From: Azolla caroliniana | Taxonomy: Eukaryota; Plantae; Polypodiophyta | NCBI GenBank assembly: GCA_043228905.1 | Contig: JBHGNT010000001.1 | Span: 9,796,001-9,860,000 of the forward strand | Reading direction: 5' to 3' | DNA length: 64,000 nt | Shown here: positions 10,647 to 22,978 of the stretch, in pieces | How the letters are laid out: each line of letters opens with the position of its first letter | Numbering within the stretch: the stretch's first letter is position 1 | The notes under the pieces: generated by a model | What the model was told of the DNA's origin: nothing | The model's database searches: none | What the model saw: the letters and a program-made list of their open reading frames with translations, nothing else | Position numbers and translations under genes: made by a program

Positions 10647-13600
10647 TGTTGTGATTACGGTCCCTTCGCATGGGATGGTCGGATATCGGAGATGAATGCC
10701 GACAAGCCCGGTTTCGGTTTCGGATCCGGATGACGAAGACCCCGGTTTCGGTACCGGATGACGAATGTACCCGGAGAGCGATCCGGATGCAGGGACATAT
10801 CCGTGAATATGTTCGCTATGGGCCCCTGAGGCTACAGTTGTAAATAGCCCAAAGTCATATAAGTATAAATATGACTTAGGGCAAACAGTTTTGTTGTTGC
10901 TTCTCATTTTTCTGTTTTTCCACTCAAGAGGAGTGAAGTGTAAGCAGCCGTGAGAGAGAGAGAGAGAGAGATAGAGCGCGAGAGAGGAAGAGGTAGATGC
11001 CTCTGTGTATTTCCGCCGCCTGTGGCGAGGACAGCGAGCTCAAGGTCGTCGCCTTGCAGCTCGCCATTGTATACTTCTCTGTATAGTGTTGGGTTGGAGT
11101 CTTGTACTCCCGTGGTTTTTCCCGTCTGGGTTTTCCACGTTAATCCCTGTGTACTCGCGTTTTTGTTTTTTTCGTGTGGTTCCTATTTTCTGCTGCATTG
11201 ATCCGCGACTACTCGGTTGTGGCCGAGAGAAGAAGGTGAATCGAAGCGTTGATTCTCAACAAACTGGTATCAGAGCGACTGTTGCAGAAAATGGAAGGCG
11301 GCGGCAGCGGGCAGCCGGGGATGATGGTGCTGAATGCACAGAATTACGCCGACTGGAAGATCAAGATGGAGGATCTTCTGATTGTTCGGGACCTGTACGA
11401 ACCGATTGACAGGTCGGAAATACCGAAGGGGGTACTTGAGTCGGAGTGGAAGCTCCTGAACCGGAAAGCCGTAGCGACGATCCGACAATATGTCGATGTA
11501 AGCGTCCTACAACATGTGGCGAACGACACCAACGCATATGAGATGTGGAAGAAGCTGTCGGGCCTCTACGAGAGGAAGAATGCGTTGAACCGGACCTCCC
11601 TGATGAGGAAGATAGTGAACCTCAAGTACCGGGACGGCGAGAGTATGGTTGAACACGTAAGCACGTTCATGGGATTCGTGAACCAGCTTGCGGCGATTAA
11701 GTTCCCGTTGGAGGATGCAATGCAAGCCATCATCCTGATGTGTACATTGCCAGAAAGCTGGGAGAACTTGGTGGTGACTCTCAGCACCTCCTGCACCGAA
11801 GATAACTTGTCCTTACAAACGGTAAAGACAAGTATTTTGAATGAAGAAGCGCGTCGGAGAGATAAGGAACCGGCCTCCGACCCGAAGATGTTGTTTACCG
11901 AATCGGATCGGGGAAGACAATGGAACCGGAGTCCGCAAAGACGGGAGAAGTCGGGGACCCGGTCGCAGTCAAGAGGAAGGCCCACATGCTTCCACTGTGG
12001 GAAGCCGGGGCACTTCCGAAAGAATTGTCGGCATTACCGAAAAGACAATGGAACCGACAACACCGATTCGAAGAAGTCACCGGAGAGAAACGGTGCATAC
12101 CGGGGAGCCACGGACCGGAATGGTTCGGATCGGCGAGGACAGGACCGGAAAGGAACGACGGCACTCGCGGCAAGTGAAGAGGAGATCATGCTCATCACCG
12201 AAGAAGGTGAACTAAACATTGCCGGCGATGAGACGACCTGGGTGGTCGATTCCGGAGCATCGTTCCACCTGACCCCGGAGAGAAGATACTTCTCATCCTA
12301 CACAGCCGGCGAGCATGGCTGTGTTCGGATGGGAAACGAAGGTACGTGCCGGATTGCCGGCATAGGAGACGTGTGGTTGACAACCCCGACCGGATGCAAA
12401 ATGCTGCTGAAGAATGTCCGACACGTTCCGGAGGTCCGACTGAACCTGATTTCGGCCGGGAGGCTAGATGATGAAGGCTACACGGGTAGCATCCGGAACG
12501 GTGTCATGAAGTTCAGCAAGGGGAGCTTGATAATGGCTCGGGCCCGGAAGGTCAACACACTGTACCTGATGAATGCCCGGTTATGTCCGGAAGAGCTGAA
12601 TGTGGCAGCCGACACTGCCGGTGAGCTGTGGCACAAAAGACTGTGCCACATGAGTGAGAAGGGGATGAAGAGGCTTGCAGAAGACAACCTTATTCCGGTG
12701 AAGCATGTGCACCTGGAGAAGTGCACCGACTGCCTGGCCGGTAAGCAGAACCGAACCTCCTTCCACTCAAGGCCACCGACGAGACGTAGCGCACCATTGG
12801 AGTTGGTGCACACCGACGTGTGTCAGGTAGAAACGAAGTCACATGGCGGAGCCCAGTACTTCGTAACTTTCATAGATGATCACAGCCGAAGACTGTGGAC
12901 GGCACCGTTGAAGACAAAGGACCAAGTGTTGTGCGTCTTCAAAGAACTCCACGCGAGAGTGGAAAGGGAATCCGGCAAGAAGCTGAAAGCGATACGAGCG
13001 GATAACGGAGGGGAATACCGGGGGCAGTTCCAGGAGTACTGTCGCTCGAAGGGAATCCGGCTCAAGTTTACTGTGCCGAAGACGCCGGAACTGAACGGGC
13101 TGGCCGAGAGGATGAACCGGACCATAATGGAGAGGGTTCGGAGTATGCTGGCGCATGCGAAATTACCCAAGGGGTTTTGGGCTGAGGCAATGTCGACGGC
13201 GACATATGTGATAAACCGATCACCCTTAGTACCTTTGGACGGAGACACGCCGCAGAGAGTGTGGACCGGTAGGGAAGTATCCTACCGGCATCTGAAGGTG
13301 TTCGGGTGTCTCGCATACGTGCACGTGGCGAAGGACCGGAGAGGAAAGCTAGATCCGAAGACCCGGCCATGCATATTCCTCGGTTACGGCGACGACGAGT
13401 TCGGCTACCGAGTATGGGACCCGGTCGACAAGAAGATATTCAGGAGTCGAGACATCATCTTCATGGAGGACAAGACACTCGCCGACTGGGAGTCGGAGAA
13501 GAAGGTGAAGAGCTCCAAGTCGACCGGTGAGGATCAACTCTACGAGGAGCAGCCCCGACCGGCAAGGGACCGGTTAGCACTCGAGGATCCGGCCGAAGAC

Positions 13601-15989
13601 GGTGAAGAAACAGAACCGGCCGAAGAAGATGAAAACGATACCGGAACCGGCCCTGATCCCGAAATGGATTCGGATGAAGAAGAATCGGAAGAACCGGTTA
13701 CCGAAGCTCCGGAACGGAGATATCCTCTAAGAGAGAGAAGGGCCCCCCAGAGATTTCCGGAACCAGAGCACGTGCTGCTAACCGACGAGGGGGAGCCGGA
13801 GAGCTTTGAAGAAGCAAAGCATGACACCCAGAGCCGCAGGTGGTTGAGTGCCATGCAGGACGAGATGGATTCCCTGCATGAGAACCACACATATGAACTT
13901 GTGGAGTTGCCGAAAGGAAAGCGGGCACTTCGAAACAAGTGGGTGTTCAAGCTGAAACCGGGAGATGCCGGAAACCCCCCGAGATACAAAGCCAGGATCG
14001 TGGTGAAGGGGTTTCAGCAAAAGAAGGGCGTCGACTTCGACGAGATATTTGCCCCGGTAGTGAAGATGACCTCCATCCGGACGGTGCTGAGCATAGCGGC
14101 AAGCATGGACCTCGAGGTAGAACAGATGGACGTGAAGACGACATTCCTTCACGGCGACCTCGATGAAGAGATCTACATGCAGCAACCGGAAGGATTCGAG
14201 AAGAAAGGGAAGGAGCACCTGGTATGCCGGTTGAAGAAGAGCCTTTACGGACTGAAGCAGGCTCCCCGGCAATGGTACCGGAAGTTTGACTCCTTCATGA
14301 CCGACGAAGGGTACCTCAAAACGCAGTCCGACCACTGCGTGTTTGTGAAGAAGTTCGAAGGAGGAGACCTTCTAATACTCCTCCTGTACGTGGACGACAT
14401 GTTGATCGTCGGACGGGACCAGGTCAAGATACGGATGCTGAAGAAGGCTCTTCACCGAACCTTCTCAATGAAGGACTTGGGTTCGGCGAGACAAATACTA
14501 GGGATGCACATTATCCGGGACCGGAGCAAGAAGCAGTTGTGGCTGTCACAAGAGAAGTACGTGACAAAGGTGCTTAAACGGTTCAACATGTCGGAAGCAA
14601 GACCGGTCGGATCGACCCTCCCGACAAACTGCAAGCTGTCCAGCAAGCAAAGTCCCAAGACAAAGGCTGAAAAGGAGGATATGATGAAAGTGCCGTATGC
14701 CTCAGCCGTCGGGAGCTTGATGTACGCCATGGTGTGTACGAGACCTGACATCGGATATGCAGTCGGAGTGGTGAGCCGGTACATGAGCAATCCCGGCAAA
14801 GAGCATTGGAACGCGGCCAAGTGGATACTCCGATACCTGAAGGGCACGGCAAACGTGTGCCTCCGATTCGGCTCCGGAAAGCCCGAACTCGACGGCTTTA
14901 CCGATTCGGATATGTCGGCTGATGCAGATACCAGCCGGTCCACATCAGGGTATGTGATGACGTATGCAGGGGGAGCTGTTTCATGGCAGTCGAGGCTGCA
15001 GAAGACGGTTGCGCTGTCAACCACGGAGGCGGAGTACATGGCGGCTGTTGAAGCCGGCAAGGAAATAATATGGATGAAGGACTTCATTAGAGAGCTCGGT
15101 ATCCGACAGGAGGAGTACCGACTCTACTGCGACAGTCAGAGTGCAATCCACCTTGCGAAGAACGCGGCCTATCACTCCCGGACGAAGCACATCCAGCGAA
15201 GATATCACTGGATCCGGGAAAGGATAGAAGACAAGGAGTTCGTGCTGACAAAGATCCACACGGACGAGAACGGGTCGGATATGCTGACCAAGGTCCTCAC
15301 ACCCGACAAGCTGGAAGCATGCCGGAAGAGGATCGGATTGGAGAGACATCCCATGCCGAAGTGAAGGGGGAGTTTGTTGTGATTACGGTCCCTTCGCATG
15401 GGATGGTCGGATATCGGAGATGAATGCCGACAAGCCCGGTTTCGGTTTCGGATCCGGATGACGAAGACCCCGGTTTCGGTACCGGATGACGAATGTACCC
15501 GGAGAGCGATCCGGATGCAGGGACATATCCGTGAATATGTTCGCTATGGGCCCCTGAGGCTACAGTTGTAAATAGCCCAAAGTCATATAAGTATAAATAT
15601 GACTTAGGGCAAACAGTTTTGTTGTTGCTTCTCATTTTTCTGTTTTTCCACTCAAGAGGAGTGAAGTGTAAGCAGCCGTGAGAGAGAGAGAGAGAGAGAT
15701 AGAGCGCGAGAGAGGAAGAGGTAGATGCCTCTGTGTATTTCCGCCGCCTGTGGCGAGGACAGCGAGCTCAAGGTCGTCGCCTTGCAGCTCGCCATTGTAT
15801 ACTTCTCTGTATAGTGTTGGGTTGGAGTCTTGTACTCCCGTGGTTTTTCCCGTCTGGGTTTTCCACGTTAATCCCTGTGTACTCGCGTTTTTGTTTTTTT
15901 CGTGTGGTTCCTATTTTCTGCTGCATTGATCCGCGATTACTCGGTTGTGGCCGAGAGAAGAAGGTGAATCGAAGCGTTGATTCTCAACA
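10647..15989 (+). mobile_element. Intact Ty1/copia LTR retrotransposon (Tnt1/Tork-like)
   Basis: 615-bp LTRs at 10647-11261 and 15375-15989 (one difference seen). PBS TGGTATCAGAGC at 11265-11276 (tRNA-iMet). PPT GAAGGGGGAG. TSD GTACA/GTACC. Confidence 0.97.
11291..15364 (+). CDS. gag-pol: Copia Gag-Pol polyprotein (Gag-PR-INT-RT-RNaseH)
   Basis: Uninterrupted ORF: CFHCGKPGHFRKNC, WVVDSGAS, integrase HHCC/DDE (LVHTD, ADNGGEY, NGLAER), YKARIVVKG, LLYVDDML, RTKHI, in copia domain order. Confidence 0.97.
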   Translation: MEGGGSGQPGMMVLNAQNYADWKIKMEDLLIVRDLYEPIDRSEIPKGVLESEWKLLNRKAVATIRQYVDVSVLQHVANDTNAYEMWKKLSGLYERKNALNRTSLMRKIVNLKYRDGESMVEHVSTFMGFVNQLAAIKFPLEDAMQAIILMCTLPESWENLVVTLSTSCTEDNLSLQTVKTSILNEEARRRDKEPASDPKMLFTESDRGRQWNRSPQRREKSGTRSQSRGRPTCFHCGKPGHFRKNCRHYRKDNGTDNTDSKKSPERNGAYRGATDRNGSDRRGQDRKGTTALAASEEEIMLITEEGELNIAGDETTWVVDSGASFHLTPERRYFSSYTAGEHGCVRMGNEGTCRIAGIGDVWLTTPTGCKMLLKNVRHVPEVRLNLISAGRLDDEGYTGSIRNGVMKFSKGSLIMARARKVNTLYLMNARLCPEELNVAADTAGELWHKRLCHMSEKGMKRLAEDNLIPVKHVHLEKCTDCLAGKQNRTSFHSRPPTRRSAPLELVHTDVCQVETKSHGGAQYFVTFIDDHSRRLWTAPLKTKDQVLCVFKELHARVERESGKKLKAIRADNGGEYRGQFQEYCRSKGIRLKFTVPKTPELNGLAERMNRTIMERVRSMLAHAKLPKGFWAEAMSTATYVINRSPLVPLDGDTPQRVWTGREVSYRHLKVFGCLAYVHVAKDRRGKLDPKTRPCIFLGYGDDEFGYRVWDPVDKKIFRSRDIIFMEDKTLADWESEKKVKSSKSTGEDQLYEEQPRPARDRLALEDPAEDGEETEPAEEDENDTGTGPDPEMDSDEEESEEPVTEAPERRYPLRERRAPQRFPEPEHVLLTDEGEPESFEEAKHDTQSRRWLSAMQDEMDSLHENHTYELVELPKGKRALRNKWVFKLKPGDAGNPPRYKARIVVKGFQQKKGVDFDEIFAPVVKMTSIRTVLSIAASMDLEVEQMDVKTTFLHGDLDEEIYMQQPEGFEKKGKEHLVCRLKKSLYGLKQAPRQWYRKFDSFMTDEGYLKTQSDHCVFVKKFEGGDLLILLLYVDDMLIVGRDQVKIRMLKKALHRTFSMKDLGSARQILGMHIIRDRSKKQLWLSQEKYVTKVLKRFNMSEARPVGSTLPTNCKLSSKQSPKTKAEKEDMMKVPYASAVGSLMYAMVCTRPDIGYAVGVVSRYMSNPGKEHWNAAKWILRYLKGTANVCLRFGSGKPELDGFTDSDMSADADTSRSTSGYVMTYAGGAVSWQSRLQKTVALSTTEAEYMAAVEAGKEIIWMKDFIRELGIRQEEYRLYCDSQSAIHLAKNAAYHSRTKHIQRRYHWIRERIEDKEFVLTKIHTDENGSDMLTKVLTPDKLEACRKRIGLERHPMPK

Positions 15990-18900
15990 GTACCCATACC
16001 CACGATACACCGACGAACCAGACGCGGAGTCACACGTCCGTGCCTTCATATCCACGTGGCAGGGTAACCACTCCACGCACCGCCTCACGCCGGCCGAAAT
16101 CGATGCCTCGAAGATTGCCGAGTTCACACTCTCCCTCGATGGACCGGTTGCATGATGGTACTCTGGCCTCGAAATTGGAGAGGCCACCACTTTCCAAATC
16201 GTGCGCACGAAGTTCCTTGAACTTTTTCATCGCGAGGTGCCTAAACGGGAACTGCTCCGACAATTCTTCTCTATATGCCAGGAACAGCACGAAACGGTCG
16301 CGCAGTTCACGATCCGGTTCCAGGATCTCTACAGACAAGTGGCCGATGATGTCTCGGCACAACATATACCGGACACTTTCCTATCCAGTTTACGAGAGCC
16401 TCTACGAACGACTCTCGCACTTACAAATTTCGCCAACCATACTATCGAACAAGTCATAGCGCGCGTTCTCGCCCTTGATCGGAACCAGCACGGCACGGCC
16501 TTCTCGATGACATCCTTGCCAAATGCTCTTCCCCAAGAGGACAATCGCTTTCGCCAAGCCCTCCAATGCACTGCGTGTTCAGGATCAGGGCACCTGGCCC
16601 TCGAATGTCCCCACCGACCACAGTGTCCGATCTGTCGCGTTTTTGTTTTTTTCGTGTGGTTCCTATTTTCTGCTGCATTGATCCGCGATTACTCGGTTGT
16701 GGCCGAGAGAAGAAGGTGAATCGAAGCGTTGATTCTCAACAATACCCATACCCACGATACACCGACGAACCAGACGCGGAGTCACACGTCCGTGCCTTCA
16801 TATCCACGTGGCAGGGTAACCACTCCACGCACCGCCTCACGCCGGCCGAAATCGATGCCTCGAAGATTGCCGAGTTCACACTCTCCCTCGATGGACCGGT
16901 TGCATGATGGTACTCTGGCCTCGAAATTGGAGAGGCCACCACTTTCCAAATCGTGCGCACGAAGTTCCTTGAACTTTTTCATCGCGAGGTGCCTAAACGG
17001 GAACTGCTCCGACAATTCTTCTCTATATGCCAGGAACAGCACGAAACGGTCGCGCAGTTCACGATCCGGTTCCAGGATCTCTACAGACAAGTGGCCGATG
17101 ATGTCTCGGCACAACATATACCGGACACTTTCCTATCCAGTTTACGAGAGCCTCTACGAACGACTCTCGCACTTACAAATTTCGCCAACCATACTATCGA
17201 ACAAGTCATAGCGCGCGTTCTCGCCCTTGATCGGAACCAGCACGGCACGGCCTTCTCGATGACATCCTTGCCAAACGCTCTTCCCCAAGAGGACAATCGC
17301 TTTCGCCAAGCCCTCCAATGCACTGCGTGTTCAGGATCAGGGCACCTGGCCCTCGAATGTCCCCACCGACCACAGTGTCCGATCTGTCGCGTTTTTGTTT
17401 TTTTCGTGTGGTTCCTATTTTCTGCTGCATTGATCCGCGATTACTCGGTTGTGGCCGAGAGAAGAAGGTGAATCGAAGCGTTGATTCTCAACAATACCCA
17501 TACCCACGATACACCGACGAACCAGACGCGGAGTCACACGTCCGTGCCTTCATATCCACGTGGCAGGGTAACCACTCCACGCACCGCCTCACGCCGGCCG
17601 AAATCGATGCCTCGAAGATTGCCGAGTTCACACTCTCCCTCGATGGACCGGTTGCATGATGGTACTCTGGCCTCGAAATTGGAGAGGCCACCACTTTCCA
17701 AATCGTGCGCACGAAGTTCCTTGAACTTTTTCATCGCGAGGTGCCTAAACGGGAACTGCTCCGACAATTCTTCTCTATATGCCAGGAACAGCACGAAACG
17801 GTCGCGCAGTTCACGATCCGGTTCCAGGATCTCTACAGACAAGTGGCCGATGATGTCTCGGCACAACATATACCGGACACTTTCCTATCCAGTTTACGAG
17901 AGCCTCTACGAACGACTCTCGCACTTACAAATTTCGCCAACCATACTATCGAACAAGTCATAGCGCGCGTTCTCGCCCTTGATCGGAACCAGCACGGCAC
18001 GGCCTTCTCGATGACATCCTTGCCAAACGCTCTTCCCCAAGAGGACAATCGCTTTCGCCAAGCCCTCCAATGCACTGCGTGTTCAGGATCAGGGCACCTG
18101 GCCCTCGAATGTCCCCACCGACCACAGTGTCCGATCTGTCGCGTTTTTGTTTTTTTCGTGTGGTTCCTATTTTCTGCTGCATTGATCCGCGATTACTCGG
18201 TTGTGGCCGAGAGAAGAAGGTGAATCGAAGCGTTGATTCTCAACAATACCCATACCCACGATACACCGACGAACCAGACGCGGAGTCACACGTCCGTGCC
18301 TTCATATCCACGTGGCAGGGTAACCACTCCACGCACCGCCTCACGCCGGCCGAAATCGATGCCTCGAAGATTGCCGAGTTCACACTCTCCCTCGATGGAC
18401 CGGTTGCATGATGGTACTCTGGCCTCGAAATTGGAGAGGCCACCACTTTCCAAATCGTGCGCACGAAGTTCCTTGAACTTTTTCATCGCGAGGTGCCTAA
18501 ACGGGAACTGCTCCGACAATTCTTCTCTATATGCCAGGAACAGCACGAAACGGTCGCGCAGTTCACGATCCGGTTCCAGGATCTCTACAGACAAGTGGCC
18601 GATGATGTCTCGGCACAACATATACCGGACACTTTCCTATCCAGTTTACGAGAGCCTCTACGAACGACTCTCGCACTTACAAATTTCGCCAACCATACTA
18701 TCGAACAAGTCATAGCGCGCGTTCTCGCCCTTGATCGGAACCAGCACGGCACGGCCTTCTCGATGACATCCTTGCCAAACGCTCTTCCCCAAGAGGACAA
18801 TCGCTTTCGCCAAGCCCTCCAATGCACTGCGTGTTCAGGATCAGGGCACCTGGCCCTCGAATGTCCCCACCGACCACAGTGTCCGATCTGTCGCGTTTTT

Positions 18901-20396
18901 GTTTTTTTCGTGTGGTTCCTATTTTCTGCTGCATTGATCCGCGATTACTCGGTTGTGGCCGAGAGAAGAAGGTGAATCGAAGCGTTGATTCTCAACAATA
19001 CCCATACCCACGATACACCGACGAACCAGACGCGGAGTCACACGTCCGTGCCTTCATATCCACGTGGCAGGGTAACCACTCCACGCACCGCCTCACGCCG
19101 GCCGAAATCGATGCCTCGAAGATTGCCGAGTTCACACTCTCCCTCGATGGACCGGTTGCATGATGGTACTCTGGCCTCGAAATTGGAGAGGCCACCACTT
19201 TCCAAATCGTGCGCACGAAGTTCCTTGAACTTTTTCATCGCGAGGTGCCTAAACGGGAACTGCTCCGACAATTCTTCTCTATATGCCAGGAACAGCACGA
19301 AACGGTCGCGCAGTTCACGATCCGGTTCCAGGATCTCTACAGACAAGTGGCCGATGATGTCTCGGCACAACATATACCGGACACTTTCCTATCCAGTTTA
19401 CGAGAGCCTCTACGAACGACTCTCGCACTTACAAATTTCGCCAACCATACTATCGAACAAGTCATAGCGCGCGTTCTCGCCCTTGATCGGAACCAGCACG
19501 GCACGGCCTTCTCGATGACATCCTTGCCAAACGCTCTTCCCCAAGAGGACAATCGCTTTCGCCAAGCCCTCCAATGCACTGCGTGTTCAGGATCAGGGCA
19601 CCTGGCCCTCGAATGTCCCCACCGACCACAGTGTCCGATCTGTCGCGTTTTTGTTTTTTTCGTGTGGTTCCTATTTTCTGCTGCATTGATCCGCGATTAC
19701 TCGGTTGTGGCCGAGAGAAGAAGGTGAATCGAAGCGTTGATTCTCAACAGTACCCATACCCACGATACACCGACGAACCAGACGCGGAGTCACACGTCCG
19801 TGCCTTCATATCCACGTGGCAGGGTAACCACTCCACGCACCGCCTCACGCCGGCCGAAATCGATGCCTCGAAGATTGCCGAGTTCACACTCTCCCTCGAT
19901 GGACCGGTTGCATGATGGTACTCTGGCTTCGAAATTGGAGAGGCCACCACTTTCCAAATCGTGCGCACGAAGTTCCTTGAACTTTTTCATCGCGAGGTGC
20001 CTAAACGGGAACTGCTCCGACAATTCTTCTCTATATGCCAGGAACAGCACGAAACGGTCGCGCAGTTCACGATCCGGTTCCAGGATCTCTACAGACAAGT
20101 GGCCGATGATGTCTCGGCACAACATATACCGGACACTTTCCTATCCAGTTTACGAGAGCCTCTACGAACGACTCTCGCACTTACAAATTTCGCCAACCAT
20201 ACTATCGAACAAGTCATAGCGCGCGTTCTCGCCCTTGATCGGAACCAGCACGGCACGGCCTTCTCGATGACATCCTTGCCAAACGCTCTTCCCCAAGAGG
20301 ACAATCGCTTTCGCCAAGCCCTCCAATGCACTGCGTGTTCAGGATCAGGGCACCTGGCCCTCGAATGTCCCCACCGACCACAGTGTCCGATCTGTC
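15883..20396 (+). repeat. Tandem array of 6 x 752 bp (Copia U5 end plus host gag fragment)
   Basis: Units start at 15883, 16635, 17387, 18139, 18891 and 19643. ORF-track entries recur at exactly +752. Confidence 0.97.
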
Positions 20397-22978
20397 AGTC
20401 TCGAGCTCACACGGTCGAGCAGTGCGAATATAATATGCTGAACCGCACAACGGCGGCACCGGTCCGCTAGATCGAGCCACGAAATACATACTCTCGGCAG
20501 GACGAGCGATATATCTACCGAGACCAGGATAACGACCAACCCCGATCCCCGGATCGACGGCGCCGAGACGACGACTACCGACGTGATAACCGCCGTGATC
20601 ATTATCGCGATGACCGGCACGGCGATTATGCCCGATATGATGACGATCACGATGACCGGTTTGACTGACGGAACTCACGCATTGATCGGCGAAATGGCAA
20701 CCGCAACACACGCAACAATAGAAGACCTAATGACAACCGCTGACGGGACGCTCCTCAAAATGACCAGCGCAACTCCAACGCACCTCGGAACAACCCACCA
20801 CCAAACGAGACCAAGAATCAACTACAACAGCTTCCACACACAGACCAAGCGGACACCAGCAGCTCGGCCAACGTGACATGTTTTAAATGTAATCAACCAG
20901 GCCACTACGCCACGCAATGTCCGACAACCAACCATGGCAAGGCACCCGTAGTGAACAATATCATGGCCGATGTTCAAATGGTCACTACCCGGAGTAAAGC
21001 GCAGACTACTCAGTGGCAAATCCAGGATGAAGTACGTCAGGCAACAAAAGAATGGATCGTCACAGCCAACAAAAATAATGTCGTACGCATGCAAACTGAC
21101 ATGAGGGACGGGCCCAGTGATGTACCACAAACCTCGACACCATCCACGTCGTCGGAGGACGACCGGCTATGGGATGTTCTTACCAACTCCTGCATCTCGC
21201 TGCCCCTACATAAACTACTACCACTCATGCCGAGATTTCGGGACACCCTGGCGGCACTCCAGGCCAATACTAAGCCCGTGACGCCACCGGTACAGCTCGA
21301 CGAAGCAGGAACCGGTCCACCACTCATGGATTCTCAGAACCCAACCGTGCAAATCATCATTAAGGGACAAGACCGATGGACAAGGTCTTGTCCCACGGGC
21401 GTGCACGACTTACAAAATACTAACAATATTACAAAAATTGCCTTTTAGGCGTGATCCTCGTTTCATTCCTCTTTTAAGATGTCGAGGATGCTTTCGGGGT
21501 CCGGGGTGGTGGCAAGGTGGTCTGGTTGGACTGTCGGTGCGGGGGTTGAGTTTGGTCCGAGGGTGTCATATCTTCTCGGACGTCCGCCTCAGGTGCGGCC
21601 GATTCTTCTGGTGGGGGTGTGGGTTCGTGGGCGCTGACCTCTACTTCGACAGGATCTGGTACCGTGTGGGCGTCCATGGGATGTCTGTTGGCCGGGGCAA
21701 GTTCCTCCTGTGCCGTGTCCGTGATCTCCTTGCTGGAAGGTTCTTCCTTCTGCTCTGTGGCCCTTGGAGGGCTGGTGGGGATGGCTGCGAGTCATTCTCG
21801 TTCGAAGGCTTCTGCTTCCATGCGAAACAGCATCTGACCGTCATTGAAGTCCTCCATTATTTGCTCGATTGCCACGGTGTGAGATTTTGCCAAGGACTGG
21901 TAATCCTCGGTTAAATCTGCACGGAGGTTTTATATGCTGGCTTCGTCCATTTTGTAGAAGCCGCGCCCCTCCTTCCGTCGGTTCTCGGCGTCGACGCGTA
22001 AAATATGCAATTCGGCAGCTTGGGCTGCCCATTCGTCTCCTGCGCGACTTAATGTTTCCTCGACCTTTTTGGTAAGTTGTTGGCGTTGTTTCTCGATCAG
22101 TATTCTGATGCGTGTCTCATCCATGCCGGGCTGTGCTCGGATGGCTGCTAATTCCTGTTTTAAGCCGTCGACCTCGGCCTGAATCTTGTGTGTTCTTAGC
22201 TCATAGATGGCTTGAGTGTTTTTTGCATCCGCGGTTACGAGCTGGAGAGCCTGCTTGTAACGCTTGGTGAGTTCTTCGGTGGCCTGCTCCCGTTCTTTTT
22301 GACACGTTGTCGTGAAGAAAACCGTCCCTTAGCACAATCGGTGCATAACGCGCGTGTACCGGCTCTTCACGCGTGCACGGCCTTTAATGTATATAATAGA
22401 GAATTAGGTACAAAGGAATATCCTAGATAGTTAGATCCGGTAGGTAGGAAGTTAATGACGGAAACGACTCCCTTCTTGAAGCTATAAAAGAGAGGGAGAC
22501 GCGGGGAGATAGGGGCATTACATTATTGAGGAGGACGAAGTGTTGTCGGACCGAAACCGAACGCTTCTCCTCTGTTTGTTCTCCATCGTTCTTCTCTGCA
22601 GGTTTTCGGGAGGCTCGCGCTGCTTCGAGGAACGCCCGTGTGCTTCCGGCAGCACCTCCATCCTATCCCTTTTCGTGCGCAGACGAGAAGGCATCGACAT
22701 CTGTTCGCCGGCTTGTTCGGTCGTAACCGCTCGCATGCTCTATTGTTTATTTGTCATTCATTAATATACAAACATTCGTGTCTCTCTGTCTCTGTGTCCA
22801 TTCGTGTCTTCTGCGTTGATAGGGCCGTGTCCCTGTGTTTCTTTGCTCATACGTAACCGAGCGTCTCTCTCTTTCTCATTCCCCTTCTATCACCTGCTCT
22901 TTGGTTCGAGACCCCGGTGGTCCCGCCTCGTTTCTCCACGCACGCGCGTAGTAACGCGACATCTTTGGTGAAGCCGAC

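Larger units (their letters stand above)
10637..21370 (+). pseudogene. gag: Tat-like gag plus start of protease, interrupted by the Copia and the tandem array; pol deleted
   Basis: MPY|PYPRYTDEPDAESHVRAF, QEQHETVAQFTIRF, three CCHC knuckles (CTACSGSGHLALEC, CPICQSRAHTVEQC, CFKCNQPGHYATQC), VTTRSK. In-frame stops, e.g. TGA where the sibling copy near 39125 has CGA. Breaks off after NPTVQIIIKGQ. Confidence 0.8.

Noticed and set aside
15883-20396. CRISPR-like array or multigene family
   Set aside because: Units are wholly repeated with no unique spacers, and the ORFs are fragments of a stop-containing gag.
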